Shown one piece after another: positions 1 through 9,593 of a stretch of DNA of 35,947 nucleotides. Numbering within the stretch: position 1 is the stretch's first letter; every line of letters begins with the position of its first letter. Both the position numbers and the translations under genes were made by a program. Under the pieces are notes generated by a model, which did no database searches, was not told the origin of the DNA, and was given only the letters and a program-made list of their open reading frames with translations. The DNA comes from a virus. Lineage: Duplodnaviria; Caudoviricetes. The DNA is taken from positions 1-35,947 of IMG/VR virus record IMGVR_UViG_3300037046_000311; one strand, given 5' to 3'.

Positions 1-807
1 TCAAAACAACACCCCTTTTACACTCTCATCCGTATAGTTCGAGATGAACACTTCCCTCACCGCTTTTTTCTGATGCCCTCCCCCAAGCGTATAATCAATC
101 TCTCTGCTCGAGCTGATCACCATATCCGAATATAACTCTCGCACCAGGTCGCAGTCATTGTAACTCAGGAGAAACTTCCCTTTTATATTATGCAGGATAT
201 CTGCGAGTAGTCGATGTTCAGTTTCACCGAATCCGCCCGTATTCTGATAATAGCTTTCGGTGTCCACATACGGAGGATCGCAATAGAAAAACGTATCCGG
301 GCTATCGTAGGTTAGGATCAGCTTATCAAAGCTCATATTTTCGATAGTCACATGACGAAGCCGTCTTGACCATACATAGAAATTTTTGTGCAAATCTTTC
401 GGTCGGCCGCTTTTTGCTGACATTGCGAAATTTGTCCCTTTCGCCCCGAAGCTCTGAGTGAGTGAGTAATAGTAGAACGCAGCACGCTCGATGTTGTTTG
501 TCGGTTTGATCCGCTTATGGACGATATCGTCAAAAATTTCACGACTAACCAATAGCCGGCGAAGATACATCGAAAGTGATTGCGGGTTTATCCGGATCGA
601 TCTGTGAAGATTTACGAGTTCCCCATTGATGTCATTTACTACTTCGGCTTTTTTCGGAGATATCGGAGCACGTTTCCGATAGAGTATGTTTAGAGCACCG
701 CCGAACACTTCGACATATAATCTATGCTCAGGCATCATTCCGACGATATCGTCGGCCAGTTGGGATTTACCACCTATCCACCCGAAAGGGGCTTGAAGTC
801 GCTGCAT
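1..807 (-). CDS. DNA adenine methyltransferase (D12/Dam class)
   Basis: Motifs PFGWIGGKS, YVEVFGGA and YCDPPY. Start placed at ATG 807, behind an AAGGAA Shine-Dalgarno (SD). Confidence 0.93.
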   Translation of the reverse strand: MQRLQAPFGWIGGKSQLADDIVGMMPEHRLYVEVFGGALNILYRKRAPISPKKAEVVNDINGELVNLHRSIRINPQSLSMYLRRLLVSREIFDDIVHKRIKPTNNIERAAFYYYSLTQSFGAKGTNFAMSAKSGRPKDLHKNFYVWSRRLRHVTIENMSFDKLILTYDSPDTFFYCDPPYVDTESYYQNTGGFGETEHRLLADILHNIKGKFLLSYNDCDLVRELYSDMVISSSREIDYTLGGGHQKKAVREVFISNYTDESVKGVLF

Positions 808-842
808 ATAATTCCTTTGCACCGTGCCATATTTTCACGGTC

Positions 843-871
843 AGAAAAAGATATCGGAGATAATCCGATAC
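843..871 (-). terminator. Putative intrinsic terminator/attenuator upstream of the methylase
   Basis: Minus-strand hairpin UAUCGGA-UUAUC-UCCGAUA followed by UCUUUUUCU. Confidence 0.55.
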
Positions 872-1047
872 CGCAGTGTTCTTCTCTGGTTCGCTGTGGG
901 ACTAAAATTTATTCAATCTTTTTTGATGTATACTTCTACCATAAACGGTTTGCCGGATCTATGGTCACTGTAACCACCCGCAGCTTTATAGCTGTCTGCT
1001 ATTGGTGCTTTAGGGCTGTCATCCATAGAAGTGGGCCGTTTTGCTTA

Positions 1048-1293
1048 TTATAAACACTTTTCCAAAGCCGCTTGAAAATCATAAAGACAACTTTCTAACT
1101 TCGGATAGTTTTCCAACCGCGCTTTCATCCACTGAACGATATCACCACTTTCGGGCTTCAGTGCTTCACATTTTGGCTTCTTAGTTTCACACTTTTTTGT
1201 GATAGTGATCGGTTCACATGGTGCTACTTCTTTACCGGCACATCCTGAGAAAATCAAAACCACAGTTAAGGCTATCAAATAAAGCATTTTCAT
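1048..1293 (-). CDS. Outer-membrane lipoprotein, o-spanin (Rz1-like)
   Basis: Lipobox LIFSG-C, Cys/Pro-containing periplasmic part, last gene of the lysis cassette. Confidence 0.75.
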   Translation of the reverse strand: MKMLYLIALTVVLIFSGCAGKEVAPCEPITITKKCETKKPKCEALKPESGDIVQWMKARLENYPKLESCLYDFQAALEKCL

Positions 1294-1685
1294 AATCGAC
1301 TCCCCTCTGCATTTTTACGCGCTTCCTCTGCGATTGCGTTTAGATCAGTACACTTTTCTCCAGTAGGTATATGCTTGATCGATGTGATGTACTTAGGCTT
1401 AGCTGCCATAGTTCGATTGAACTCTGCATCTTTAGCGATAGCGTCCAACTTATCACGCGCCATCCAAGCTTTCATGAAAGCGACATCTTTGACTTTGCCG
1501 GCAATTTCAGCATCTTTAGTCTTAACGGTTTGTTCGAGAACATTGCGCTCTCCGGAGACGCTTAAATTATAAAATCCAAGAGCGATGATTACCCCGATTA
1601 AACCTACAATAACCCCGATTAAACCTACAATAACCCAGATCAGTACCTTACCAATAACGGTACTGCTTACTTCTGACAGTCGCAT
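1290..1685 (-). CDS. Inner-membrane spanin (Rz-like)
   Basis: Start placed at ATG 1685 (GGAGAG SD). N-terminal transmembrane (TM) helix then coiled coil; lies between endolysin and lipoprotein. Confidence 0.72.
   Translation of the reverse strand: MRLSEVSSTVIGKVLIWVIVGLIGVIVGLIGVIIALGFYNLSVSGERNVLEQTVKTKDAEIAGKVKDVAFMKAWMARDKLDAIAKDAEFNRTMAAKPKYITSIKHIPTGEKCTDLNAIAEEARKNAEGSRL
1591..1636. repeat. 21-bp tandem duplication in the spanin TM helix (VIVGLIG x2)
   Basis: ACCCCGATTAAACCTACAATA repeated twice plus ACCC. Confidence 0.85.
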
Positions 1686-2226
1686 ATTTCTCTCCGTATT
1701 TATAGACGAGCACCGAGTACTCGTAATTGATGTCGCAGTTAGATCGACATGACCGTTGACCTTTCCATGTAAAGCAACTCTGCCCTCGACGGCATTGTGC
1801 TTTTGCTTTTTCCCAATTCTCACCTCCGGCACGGTTGATTTCTTTAAGAACCAATCCACCGCCGTTATACTTTTGGTAAGTAACCCATAACCCAAACTTA
1901 GGATCATAAACACTCTTCATAATAATGGCTTGCGCTTTGAGCTGATCAGGGATAGCCTTGATACTATTGATCCCTTTTGCTTTGAGGGGTTTTTGCCATA
2001 ATCGAAATGTAATCTGAGGCAACCCCTCCGATCCTACTCCATCATACGATAAAATATTTCTACACCCCGACTCTTGGACGAGCTGACCAACACCGTACTG
2101 GTACGGATAGTCAACTCCAAACTGTGCATAGTGTGCTTTGCGTACATCTTGAACATATGATTGACACCGTTGGATAGAACCTCCAAACAATGACAAAGCA
2201 AGTGCTAAAAGTACGATAAGTTTCAT
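1648..2226 (-). CDS. Endolysin, lytic transglycosylase (SLT-like) with N-terminal signal/anchor
   Basis: QLVQESG catalytic Glu, GLPQI and YNGG motifs; hydrophobic N-terminus MKLIVLLALALSLFG. Confidence 0.85.
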   Translation of the reverse strand: MKLIVLLALALSLFGGSIQRCQSYVQDVRKAHYAQFGVDYPYQYGVGQLVQESGCRNILSYDGVGSEGLPQITFRLWQKPLKAKGINSIKAIPDQLKAQAIIMKSVYDPKFGLWVTYQKYNGGGLVLKEINRAGGENWEKAKAQCRRGQSCFTWKGQRSCRSNCDINYEYSVLVYKYGEKYATVRSKQYRYW

Positions 2227-2227
2227 A

Positions 2228-2503
2228 TCACCCACCCATTGCGAAACAGTAGATGATGATAAGATAAAATGCGATTACCATCGTTGTAAGTTGCCATTGC
2301 TGATCGTGCTCCCATACCACCTGAGGAAATAAGAACTTACGCAAAATATGCGCTACGATTACCCCTGCCGTTACAAGCAACAGCTTCGACAATACGAGCT
2401 GAATCACCGGAGGCAAACTCTCATAAACCCCGCTAATAAATACACTCACCAACATAATCGTAATGACTACAACGAACCACATACGCTTAATCTCTTTTTT
2501 CAC
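2228..2503 (-). CDS. Putative holin (3 TM segments)
   Basis: 91 aa, three hydrophobic stretches, directly upstream of the endolysin. Confidence 0.7.
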   Translation of the reverse strand: MKKEIKRMWFVVVITIMLVSVFISGVYESLPPVIQLVLSKLLLVTAGVIVAHILRKFLFPQVVWEHDQQWQLTTMVIAFYLIIIYCFAMGG

Positions 2504-2859
2504 TCTTTACCTCCGTTTTTGTTTTGAACTGCCGCTAAAATGTTTCCCAATGTAGTATCGATATTGTTAAAACGATGATCGATATGTTTAACCTGCATCT
2601 CGAATAATTCACGTGAAATGTATTGCTCACGCACCTCTTTAGCCGTGATGTTGTGTTGCTGATTTGTCTGCAGGGCAACGATGTCTTTACTATTTGTATC
2701 GAGTGTTTTGTATATTGCTTTAATAGTCTCTTCATTGGATAATTCATGGACTTCTAGGTTTTTTTTATTCTCTGAAGTTTGATACTTCACAACTGCAAAA
2801 ACTGATATGATCGTGACAAATACTAAAAAAATCTGTATTACAACTTCCATCACATCCAC
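2500..2859 (-). CDS. Membrane-anchored coiled-coil protein (lysis-associated)
   Basis: Single N-terminal TM helix plus heptad pattern; overlaps the holin start. Confidence 0.55.
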   Translation of the reverse strand: MDVMEVVIQIFLVFVTIISVFAVVKYQTSENKKNLEVHELSNEETIKAIYKTLDTNSKDIVALQTNQQHNITAKEVREQYISRELFEMQVKHIDHRFNNIDTTLGNILAAVQNKNGGKE

Positions 2860-3200
2860 TCCGGTTTAAAATTCTGTTTTTGCGCTTCGGAATAAAAACT
2901 ATCTTCGCAGTGTTTTTGATCCATGAATAGGGTATTGATGAACCGCATAAAATAATAAGCGGATAGATTAATCCCCTCACTCTTACGCCATAGATAGAAC
3001 GTCCACGAACTCACCGTCCAATCCTCTTGACCGTATAGGATTGATCCACCCACCTGATCAAAACCGAGAGCAACCGTTTTAAAATACTCTTTGATCTTTT
3101 CTTTACGGTATAGTTTTCGTAAAGTATTGCCTATGATGGTAGGGACTGAAGCCAAAAACACGACTATCATGGCGATGAGCATAAGGATAAAGTTCATCAT
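2850..3200 (-). CDS. Conserved phage hypothetical membrane protein
   Basis: ALGFDQVGG..EDWTVSS..FINTLF..HCEDS pattern of a family often seen between tail and lysis genes; overlapping start/stop. Confidence 0.6.
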   Translation of the reverse strand: MMNFILMLIAMIVVFLASVPTIIGNTLRKLYRKEKIKEYFKTVALGFDQVGGSILYGQEDWTVSSWTFYLWRKSEGINLSAYYFMRFINTLFMDQKHCEDSFYSEAQKQNFKPEWM

Positions 3201-3547
3201 TTTGAACTAGCCAATAGAAATAGACCATCAAGCTCGGATGAACTCATACCTAAGAGCTCAGTCATAGTGACAAGACTTGGCCAGTTACGGTTTACTTCCG
3301 TAGCATATTCCCACTCGATCTTCATATCTTCATCAGTTCCATTAGTAATCGCAATATCAATGGTATTAAGCAGACCTAGTTCACGAAGAGCTAATCGGGC
3401 TTGTCTCATCGTTACTACTTTTGGTTTTAACAAATCCGTTTTTTTAGCTTCATATTGGGCTACCTCTTCGGGAGTTGCCGCACGACCCCCCGATAGCATA
3501 ATCCCATCATAAAACGTAACCCCATCATCATCAGTAAATAAATTCAT
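3197..3547 (-). CDS. Tail fibre-associated/assembly protein
   Basis: VTMRQARLAL..IEWEYATEV.R..LDGLF pattern; immediately downstream of the fibre gene. Confidence 0.6.
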   Translation of the reverse strand: MNLFTDDDGVTFYDGIMLSGGRAATPEEVAQYEAKKTDLLKPKVVTMRQARLALRELGLLNTIDIAITNGTDEDMKIEWEYATEVNRNWPSLVTMTELLGMSSSELDGLFLLASSK

Positions 3548-5376
3548 TAGAAACTCCTCTCTATCTCAATAAATTTTTCCCAATACGCTACCGTTACAGA
3601 GCTCATCCCAAAAGTAGGTCTATCTGTTATCGTTAGAGCCGCAGAGTGAGTTGATAGCTTCACACTATTACGATCTACACTTGCAGCTGTACAACCGCCT
3701 TGCGTTGATAATGGAAAATCAACGATTTCACCAACGGCATAGCCTAGATTTGTCGTTTTACATTTAACCTTGGGTGATATTTTCACAATATTAGTACCAA
3801 TATTGTGTGGATAAGCAGTAGTTTGGCTCGTTGCATATGCAGAAATTCCGCTTCTATATTTTCCATTCAAAGCATAATTCACAACGCTCGTAACTGTCGA
3901 TGCATCACATTGCGCCTCTGCAAAGAACACTCGATATGATTGAGGTGCGGCAGAACTATTACCGACATAAGCTTTCATTTCAGATATTGAGAACGTAAAC
4001 TTGCCGTTTAAAATTTCATCATTCCATGCTGATGCGCCCGATGGCAATGAATATGTGAATGCGCTCGATCCATAATTTGTTGTACTGGTGTTTCCAGTCG
4101 CGTAATGCGATACGGCTAAATACATTAGAGTGTATGGGGTAACGGTAAACGCTACACCTTGGCTGACATTATTTTTATAAAACGTAATCTGTCCGGTAGG
4201 AGCGTCATACATGACGCCGATAACATCCCCCGTTGTATAGGTGGCACCATAAGCGGCGGCAGAACCTGCACTTACTTTATTGGCATCATTTCGATAGGAA
4301 TAGCCAACCGGATTAGTGCCTATCGCATCAGCTTGATAAGTATTATTTGCCGATAAACCAATATGGATATACCCTCCCGAAGTAGCTCCTACGGTAATCT
4401 CTGCATAAACCTTTCCGCTCTTGACTGTTTTACTTGAATATACTGTAGAATTTGCCCATGCCGTACCGTTTCTAGTGGCCGTTAGATTCCCATTCGTAAG
4501 ATCAATACCACTCCCTTTTGATGCACTATCCCATGTCGGAAATGCCGTATCAGGAACTCCATTAATATACTCAGGAGGCACTACAGTAGCTCCCCCGGTA
4601 ATCGTCCCATCAGATGCCACATCAAAATAACAATAGTTTAAAGCATTAGCAGCAAGCCCGCTAATTGTCATATCCGAAAGTAGTTTTACCAATCGATTAG
4701 TATGACCGCCGGCGGCGTGTATTTTAATCGGATTAGTTAAAGCAGAAATATTTATTGATCGACCTGTCCCCGCCGTCGCAAAATTCGGGTATCCATTAGT
4801 ATCAACTGATCCGCTTTGTATGGTTTGGCGAACACCTGATGACATATTAATAAGTAATGACAAACTCATATAGAGTAAATCAAATCGTGCTTTTAGAGTT
4901 GCAAATAAATTCGCAAACGATACTTTTTTAAGAAGACCGGTAACACTATCCCAAAACCCGAACTCATCTGCATCGATTGGAGTAGCTTTGGAAGCAGCAG
5001 AATGGATTAAAAATTCAAACGATGTCGCAGACCATGAAGCGGGTTCAACCGATGGGCTATCCGTTGTATTTACATCACATCTATAAAATACTCCATCATA
5101 CGACCAAGACTCACCGACCAATGCGCTCGATGTCCCCTGAACAAATATCCCCTTATAGTTTGCCGCTGACACAGCTGCTGATGCGGCAGATACTGCATTA
5201 GCCTCTTTAGCGTTAATACTTGCCTCAGTATTATTGAGCTGAGTTACAAAGGCAATCAGCTTCGTAACAAATGAAGATATAAACGTTACAAAAGTATCCG
5301 CTCTCGTTCTAAAATTCACCGCATCCGTTGAGGATGGAGGCGTTTCAGGTGCTACAAATTCAACATCTATGGCCAT
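3547..5376 (-). CDS. Tail fibre / receptor-binding protein with SPRY (ConA-like) domain
   Basis: SPRY signature (LTNGNLTA..SGKVYAEI..IGL..YTTGDVIGVMYD..GQITFYKNNVSQGVAF); position after the tail tip gene. Confidence 0.8.
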   Translation of the reverse strand: MAIDVEFVAPETPPSSTDAVNFRTRADTFVTFISSFVTKLIAFVTQLNNTEASINAKEANAVSAASAAVSAANYKGIFVQGTSSALVGESWSYDGVFYRCDVNTTDSPSVEPASWSATSFEFLIHSAASKATPIDADEFGFWDSVTGLLKKVSFANLFATLKARFDLLYMSLSLLINMSSGVRQTIQSGSVDTNGYPNFATAGTGRSINISALTNPIKIHAAGGHTNRLVKLLSDMTISGLAANALNYCYFDVASDGTITGGATVVPPEYINGVPDTAFPTWDSASKGSGIDLTNGNLTATRNGTAWANSTVYSSKTVKSGKVYAEITVGATSGGYIHIGLSANNTYQADAIGTNPVGYSYRNDANKVSAGSAAAYGATYTTGDVIGVMYDAPTGQITFYKNNVSQGVAFTVTPYTLMYLAVSHYATGNTSTTNYGSSAFTYSLPSGASAWNDEILNGKFTFSISEMKAYVGNSSAAPQSYRVFFAEAQCDASTVTSVVNYALNGKYRSGISAYATSQTTAYPHNIGTNIVKISPKVKCKTTNLGYAVGEIVDFPLSTQGGCTAASVDRNSVKLSTHSAALTITDRPTFGMSSVTVAYWEKFIEIERSF

Positions 5377-5391
5377 TGTTTATCCCTTGTT

Positions 5392-6276
5392 TTAAATTAA
5401 CCCGATAGCTTCGCATGTGATTGCTGTCTCTACCGGTCCGTTCACGAGTGTTTCGTGCTTTTGGATATAACAGTACAAACTAAGAAGTTCGTATTTACCT
5501 GGCATAAAAACTACTCCTTTTCCTCGAGCATTGATAAGCGCCTTATAAACGGCATTAGCGGATCCCGTTCTAGCGAAGATATTGACATCGAGCGTTTTGG
5601 CATAATTGCCTTCACTCAAATACGTTGCACCGCTTGCGCTGTCGATAACAACAGAGGAGTAATCGATAGCACCCACAGTCACACCCCATCGGGTATTACC
5701 TAATACTTTAACTCGACCACAGGTAAAAATCCCACATTTAACATCGTTATCCCCATTGTCGATAATGATATGAAATGCTATATTCTGAGACAGCGTCGTT
5801 CGCTCATAGATGATAGATTCCACCTTATCATCGAGCCAATCACCATAAAAATAATCCTGCCAATCCATAATATCTCGGTAAGTCACATAGGTTTTTGTCT
5901 CTATAACTTCGGAAATATCTAGGTTGATAACCTCTATCGTGATGGTAGTAGCATCCAGGTTACCTAGATATAGCGCCTCTGCCCCGTATGCGGCTATATT
6001 TACCTCTATTGTCCCGTTTCTAACCGTCTGAGTATTGAGGAATTGATCAAACATGCGAAACTTATTTGTTGTCCCTAAGAATTTCCAATCCGTTGGATTC
6101 AAATTTGGCTGTATATTCGTATTATCAGTTAATGCTTGATACTCTCCATAGTTTATCGGTAGGTAAACTGTATCTCCGACGAGATACGGACCATCATTCC
6201 AATCTTCATACTCAGAAGCTGTTACATTAGAACTGGTGATGATTATCGCTCCGGGGAACATTATTTTTGTGCTCAT
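5392..6276 (-). CDS. Tail tip protein with N-terminal carbohydrate-binding-like module
   Basis: Directly follows tape measure; W..GPYLVGDTVY..YQAL..P..NPTDW CBM-like segment. Confidence 0.6.
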   Translation of the reverse strand: MSTKIMFPGAIIITSSNVTASEYEDWNDGPYLVGDTVYLPINYGEYQALTDNTNIQPNLNPTDWKFLGTTNKFRMFDQFLNTQTVRNGTIEVNIAAYGAEALYLGNLDATTITIEVINLDISEVIETKTYVTYRDIMDWQDYFYGDWLDDKVESIIYERTTLSQNIAFHIIIDNGDNDVKCGIFTCGRVKVLGNTRWGVTVGAIDYSSVVIDSASGATYLSEGNYAKTLDVNIFARTGSANAVYKALINARGKGVVFMPGKYELLSLYCYIQKHETLVNGPVETAITCEAIGLI

Positions 6277-9200
6277 GCCGTTACCCCCTGATTATTGCTG
6301 ATTTGGGTGGCGGTAAGCTGTTTTTTTAGGATTTTAACGGTTTCGGTAAGTACCGCTACCAACTGAGCAGTTTGTTCCGTCTGCGCCCCCTGCTGATTCA
6401 CGAGTTGTTTAATATCTATAGAAGTATTCGTAGCCCCGACTTTTTGGAGCATCATATCCGCAGGGATGTAAGTACTCTGCTCTTTCAGCGCATCGGTATA
6501 AGACTTCGTAAGCTCAGTAGAGTTTTTCAAAGCATCGCCAAGCTTTTGCCAGTTGTTAATTGCTTCAGGAGTAAATGTTGTCTTAATAGCCTGAGAGTAC
6601 ATATCGAGATAGTTATCTATCGTTACACCCGATACGCCGATAAGATTTGAATAGGCGTTTAAATCCCCCTGCGCCCATTCAGCTTGCAGACGTAATGACT
6701 CGAGTGTATCGCCTGAGGACTCAAGCATCCATGTTTTATAATTACGGGTATAGTCCACATATCCGCTCACCATAGTCGCAAACGTTTCTTGAACTGCTTT
6801 ACCTATACCTGAAGCGTATTCGGTCCATGCAGAATAAAACGTATCGGTTAATGCGGGATTATCGACAAATGCACGAATAAAAGATTTATCGATAGCGCTA
6901 TAAAATTCTGTCCCGCTATATCTCCCTGCCGATACGACGATAGTATCAAGATCGCCAAGCTGTCCGAGTAAATAGTCATAGGTTTCAAACATCCCCTCGA
7001 TGGCTTTTTGCTCTTTTTCGCTTAACCCGTAATAGTTTGTCCATGAAGACGATTTGAACCATGATTTCTTTTTAAAATCAACATAGCTTTGAACCGCACC
7101 GGCACCACTCTCGGTAGTGATATCACTCCATGCTTGGATACCTGATCCGGTAGTTTTAGTTTTTCCGAAAGCCCCCCCGATCAAAGACCCGAGCGCCGAA
7201 CCGATTACAGCCCCGACGAGCGTACCTACGACCGGAACCACAGACCCTATCATAGCCCCCGCCGCTCCACCTATAGCACCGTAGTCGGCCGCTTTCGTAT
7301 CAGCTCCCAAAAGCTTATCCCCGATAGACCCCATAGCATAACCGCCTATCCCCCCCGCGATTCCTGCCGTAGCTAATCCACCCGCATACGCCGCACCGCT
7401 TAGACCGGATACACCTCCGCCTGCGAGGACGTTTGCACCACCTGCTAAAAAAGAACCCGTCCCCGTTAAACCCGCACCGTATGCCATACCCGCCATTTGC
7501 CCCATCATCGCAGACGGAGCATACAACGCAGCAGTCAAGCCCCCTGTTAAAAGAGAATAAGCCGTATTTGCGGTGGAAGCTATGTTCAACGCATCCATTA
7601 CAGAAGAATAATCACTCCCTTGAAGAGTCACTTGACCACCCGCATCCATAACGGTACCGCCTGCGGTGGTCGTAAACCCTGCCGAATCCGTTGTCGCACC
7701 GATCAATGCCGCAGGAGTAGCGGCAGACCCGAATACCGATCCAAGCCCTCCGAATGTTTTGAAGATGTTTTGAATACCACCTGCTCCGGTATCGATCATA
7801 GCATCCGCGAGAGATTTTGAGAGACCGCGTGCGAGTGAGTTCGTCATCGCTCCCCAAAAGTCTTTTAACCACGATCCGAATGACTCGAACTTTCCGGTCA
7901 TAGCATTGAAGAACTGATCATCCATCGCTTTATTGATGTTACCCATCAGGTCAAACCAAAACTTGTTTTGCTCCTCAAATGTTTTTTGGGCTAGATCCGC
8001 TTGCTCTTTTGCACGTTTTTCATCGATGGATAGGATCGATGCCGAAACATAACGCTCGATATCGACGATGTCATTCCCCGCAGCGGCAAACTCTGCGGCA
8101 CGGTTGGAGATGTTTACTATCTCATTGTCATACCAGTTACCCGAAGCGTCATTGATGGCGGAATACATTGTCTCAGAGCTTCTTAGATACTCTTGATCCG
8201 CTTTTTCTTTAGCAACAATTTCATCTTGAAATCGTTTTATACCGTCATTAATCCTCTCATCAAACATCTTTTGCTCGATATCTGCCAATTCTTTCGCTGC
8301 TTTTTTTGCTTCAGATATTTTCTTATCATAATCTTCTAAGTAAAAAGGAGCAGTAAAACTATTATCTTCAGGCTTGTAATCACTTTTAAATTTATTTTTC
8401 AACCCTGCAAGAGTTTTATAGGTATTCACTACGTTTTTAGTGTATTTTTCAGCTTCCAAGCTTGCGGAATGGTAGTCCATTCGTGCCTTAGCAGCATCAT
8501 ACCCTCCATCAGTAAGCAACCCTGATATTGATCCATATTTAGCGTGTGTTTCAGCTACAGTAGCGTACGCCATTTTTGTATTAGCTATAAATTGTCCTAT
8601 ACCGTTTGTTGCAGTGCTTAACCCCAAAATGAAATATTCAAAAAAGCCGAAATTATTTACCATTTCATCTGATGATCCTAAAACTTCATCGGCCATAAAA
8701 TCAAACGCATCCGATACAGTATTTACCATAACCGTTGACGTATCCCCGATTAAACTAAAAGCATCGCCTCCTACCTCTCCCAATGCAGAAAAATCGTTCA
8801 TAGCTCTATTTGCAAATAGATCAATATCGGATGAGTTCGTAACTATCCATCCGGATAAATCTTCAATATGTCCAGATAAAAGATCGATAGCCGGTACCAT
8901 TGACGTGAGAAGCTTTACTTTTGCCCCATCAATCGATAAACCTATTCGTGTAAAACTATCATTAAACCGCTCCGCAGCATCGGTAGTGGTTTTATCCATA
9001 TGTCCATTAAACTCTTTAATGGCTTCACTTCCGCCGTTGAGGAGTGGAATCATATCCGCACCTGATTTTCCGAACAACTGCATTGCAAGCGTTGATTTAG
9101 CAACACCGTTTGGCATATCTTTAAATCTATCTGCTACTTCCAACAAAATCGTATTTGAGTCTTTAATATGCCCATTTACATCTTTGCTCGAAATACCGAG

Positions 9201-9584
9201 ATTTTCAAGAGCGTTCTGTGCATCTTTCCCGCCACCCATAGATATTTCACCGAGGTTTTTATTAAGCTTAAGTACACTTTTGCCTATATCTTGGAGTGCA
9301 ATATCAGAGAGTCTCCCCGCCGCTTGCAATGAATACAAATCATCAACAGACATCCCGATCTTTTGAGACATTTTACCTATTGAATCAGCTAGATCTAGTG
9401 ATTGTTTAATAGAATTCTGTAAATTATCAAGAGCAAAATATCCGGCTATTGATGCTCCTGCAGTTTTAGCGAAGCTCTCCATCTTCTGAGTTGAAGACTT
9501 CATTAGCCCTACAGCTTCATCCATCCCTTTTCGGAGCTGAGCTGTATCGGCGGCAATGATGATGTCAAGTGCGCCGAGTGGCAT
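6273..9584 (-). CDS. Tail tape measure protein
   Basis: 1103 aa, helical Ala/Gly-rich, typical LGALDIIIAADTAQ N-terminus and QLFGKSGADMIPLLN segment; follows the chaperones. Confidence 0.93.
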   Translation of the reverse strand: MPLGALDIIIAADTAQLRKGMDEAVGLMKSSTQKMESFAKTAGASIAGYFALDNLQNSIKQSLDLADSIGKMSQKIGMSVDDLYSLQAAGRLSDIALQDIGKSVLKLNKNLGEISMGGGKDAQNALENLGISSKDVNGHIKDSNTILLEVADRFKDMPNGVAKSTLAMQLFGKSGADMIPLLNGGSEAIKEFNGHMDKTTTDAAERFNDSFTRIGLSIDGAKVKLLTSMVPAIDLLSGHIEDLSGWIVTNSSDIDLFANRAMNDFSALGEVGGDAFSLIGDTSTVMVNTVSDAFDFMADEVLGSSDEMVNNFGFFEYFILGLSTATNGIGQFIANTKMAYATVAETHAKYGSISGLLTDGGYDAAKARMDYHSASLEAEKYTKNVVNTYKTLAGLKNKFKSDYKPEDNSFTAPFYLEDYDKKISEAKKAAKELADIEQKMFDERINDGIKRFQDEIVAKEKADQEYLRSSETMYSAINDASGNWYDNEIVNISNRAAEFAAAGNDIVDIERYVSASILSIDEKRAKEQADLAQKTFEEQNKFWFDLMGNINKAMDDQFFNAMTGKFESFGSWLKDFWGAMTNSLARGLSKSLADAMIDTGAGGIQNIFKTFGGLGSVFGSAATPAALIGATTDSAGFTTTAGGTVMDAGGQVTLQGSDYSSVMDALNIASTANTAYSLLTGGLTAALYAPSAMMGQMAGMAYGAGLTGTGSFLAGGANVLAGGGVSGLSGAAYAGGLATAGIAGGIGGYAMGSIGDKLLGADTKAADYGAIGGAAGAMIGSVVPVVGTLVGAVIGSALGSLIGGAFGKTKTTGSGIQAWSDITTESGAGAVQSYVDFKKKSWFKSSSWTNYYGLSEKEQKAIEGMFETYDYLLGQLGDLDTIVVSAGRYSGTEFYSAIDKSFIRAFVDNPALTDTFYSAWTEYASGIGKAVQETFATMVSGYVDYTRNYKTWMLESSGDTLESLRLQAEWAQGDLNAYSNLIGVSGVTIDNYLDMYSQAIKTTFTPEAINNWQKLGDALKNSTELTKSYTDALKEQSTYIPADMMLQKVGATNTSIDIKQLVNQQGAQTEQTAQLVAVLTETVKILKKQLTATQISNNQGVTA

Positions 9585-9593
9585 TGGTCCTCC

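Noticed and set aside
975-1020. Twister or pistol ribozyme suggested by GCCCUAAAGC
   Set aside because: Required pseudoknot partners and conserved loop residues not found
1686-1913. N-terminal extension of the listed 207-aa ORF 1290..1913
   Set aside because: Lies inside the endolysin; the SD and TM helix support a start at 1685
7172-7356. C7 runs in the tape measure gene as phase-variable tracts
   Set aside because: Short, in frame and explained by Gly-Gly codons in a Gly-rich region
8614-9366. 250-aa plus-strand ORF
   Set aside because: Antisense shadow of the tape measure gene with no SD or motifs. The same applies to the other antisense ORFs over capsid, portal, terminase and methylase genes
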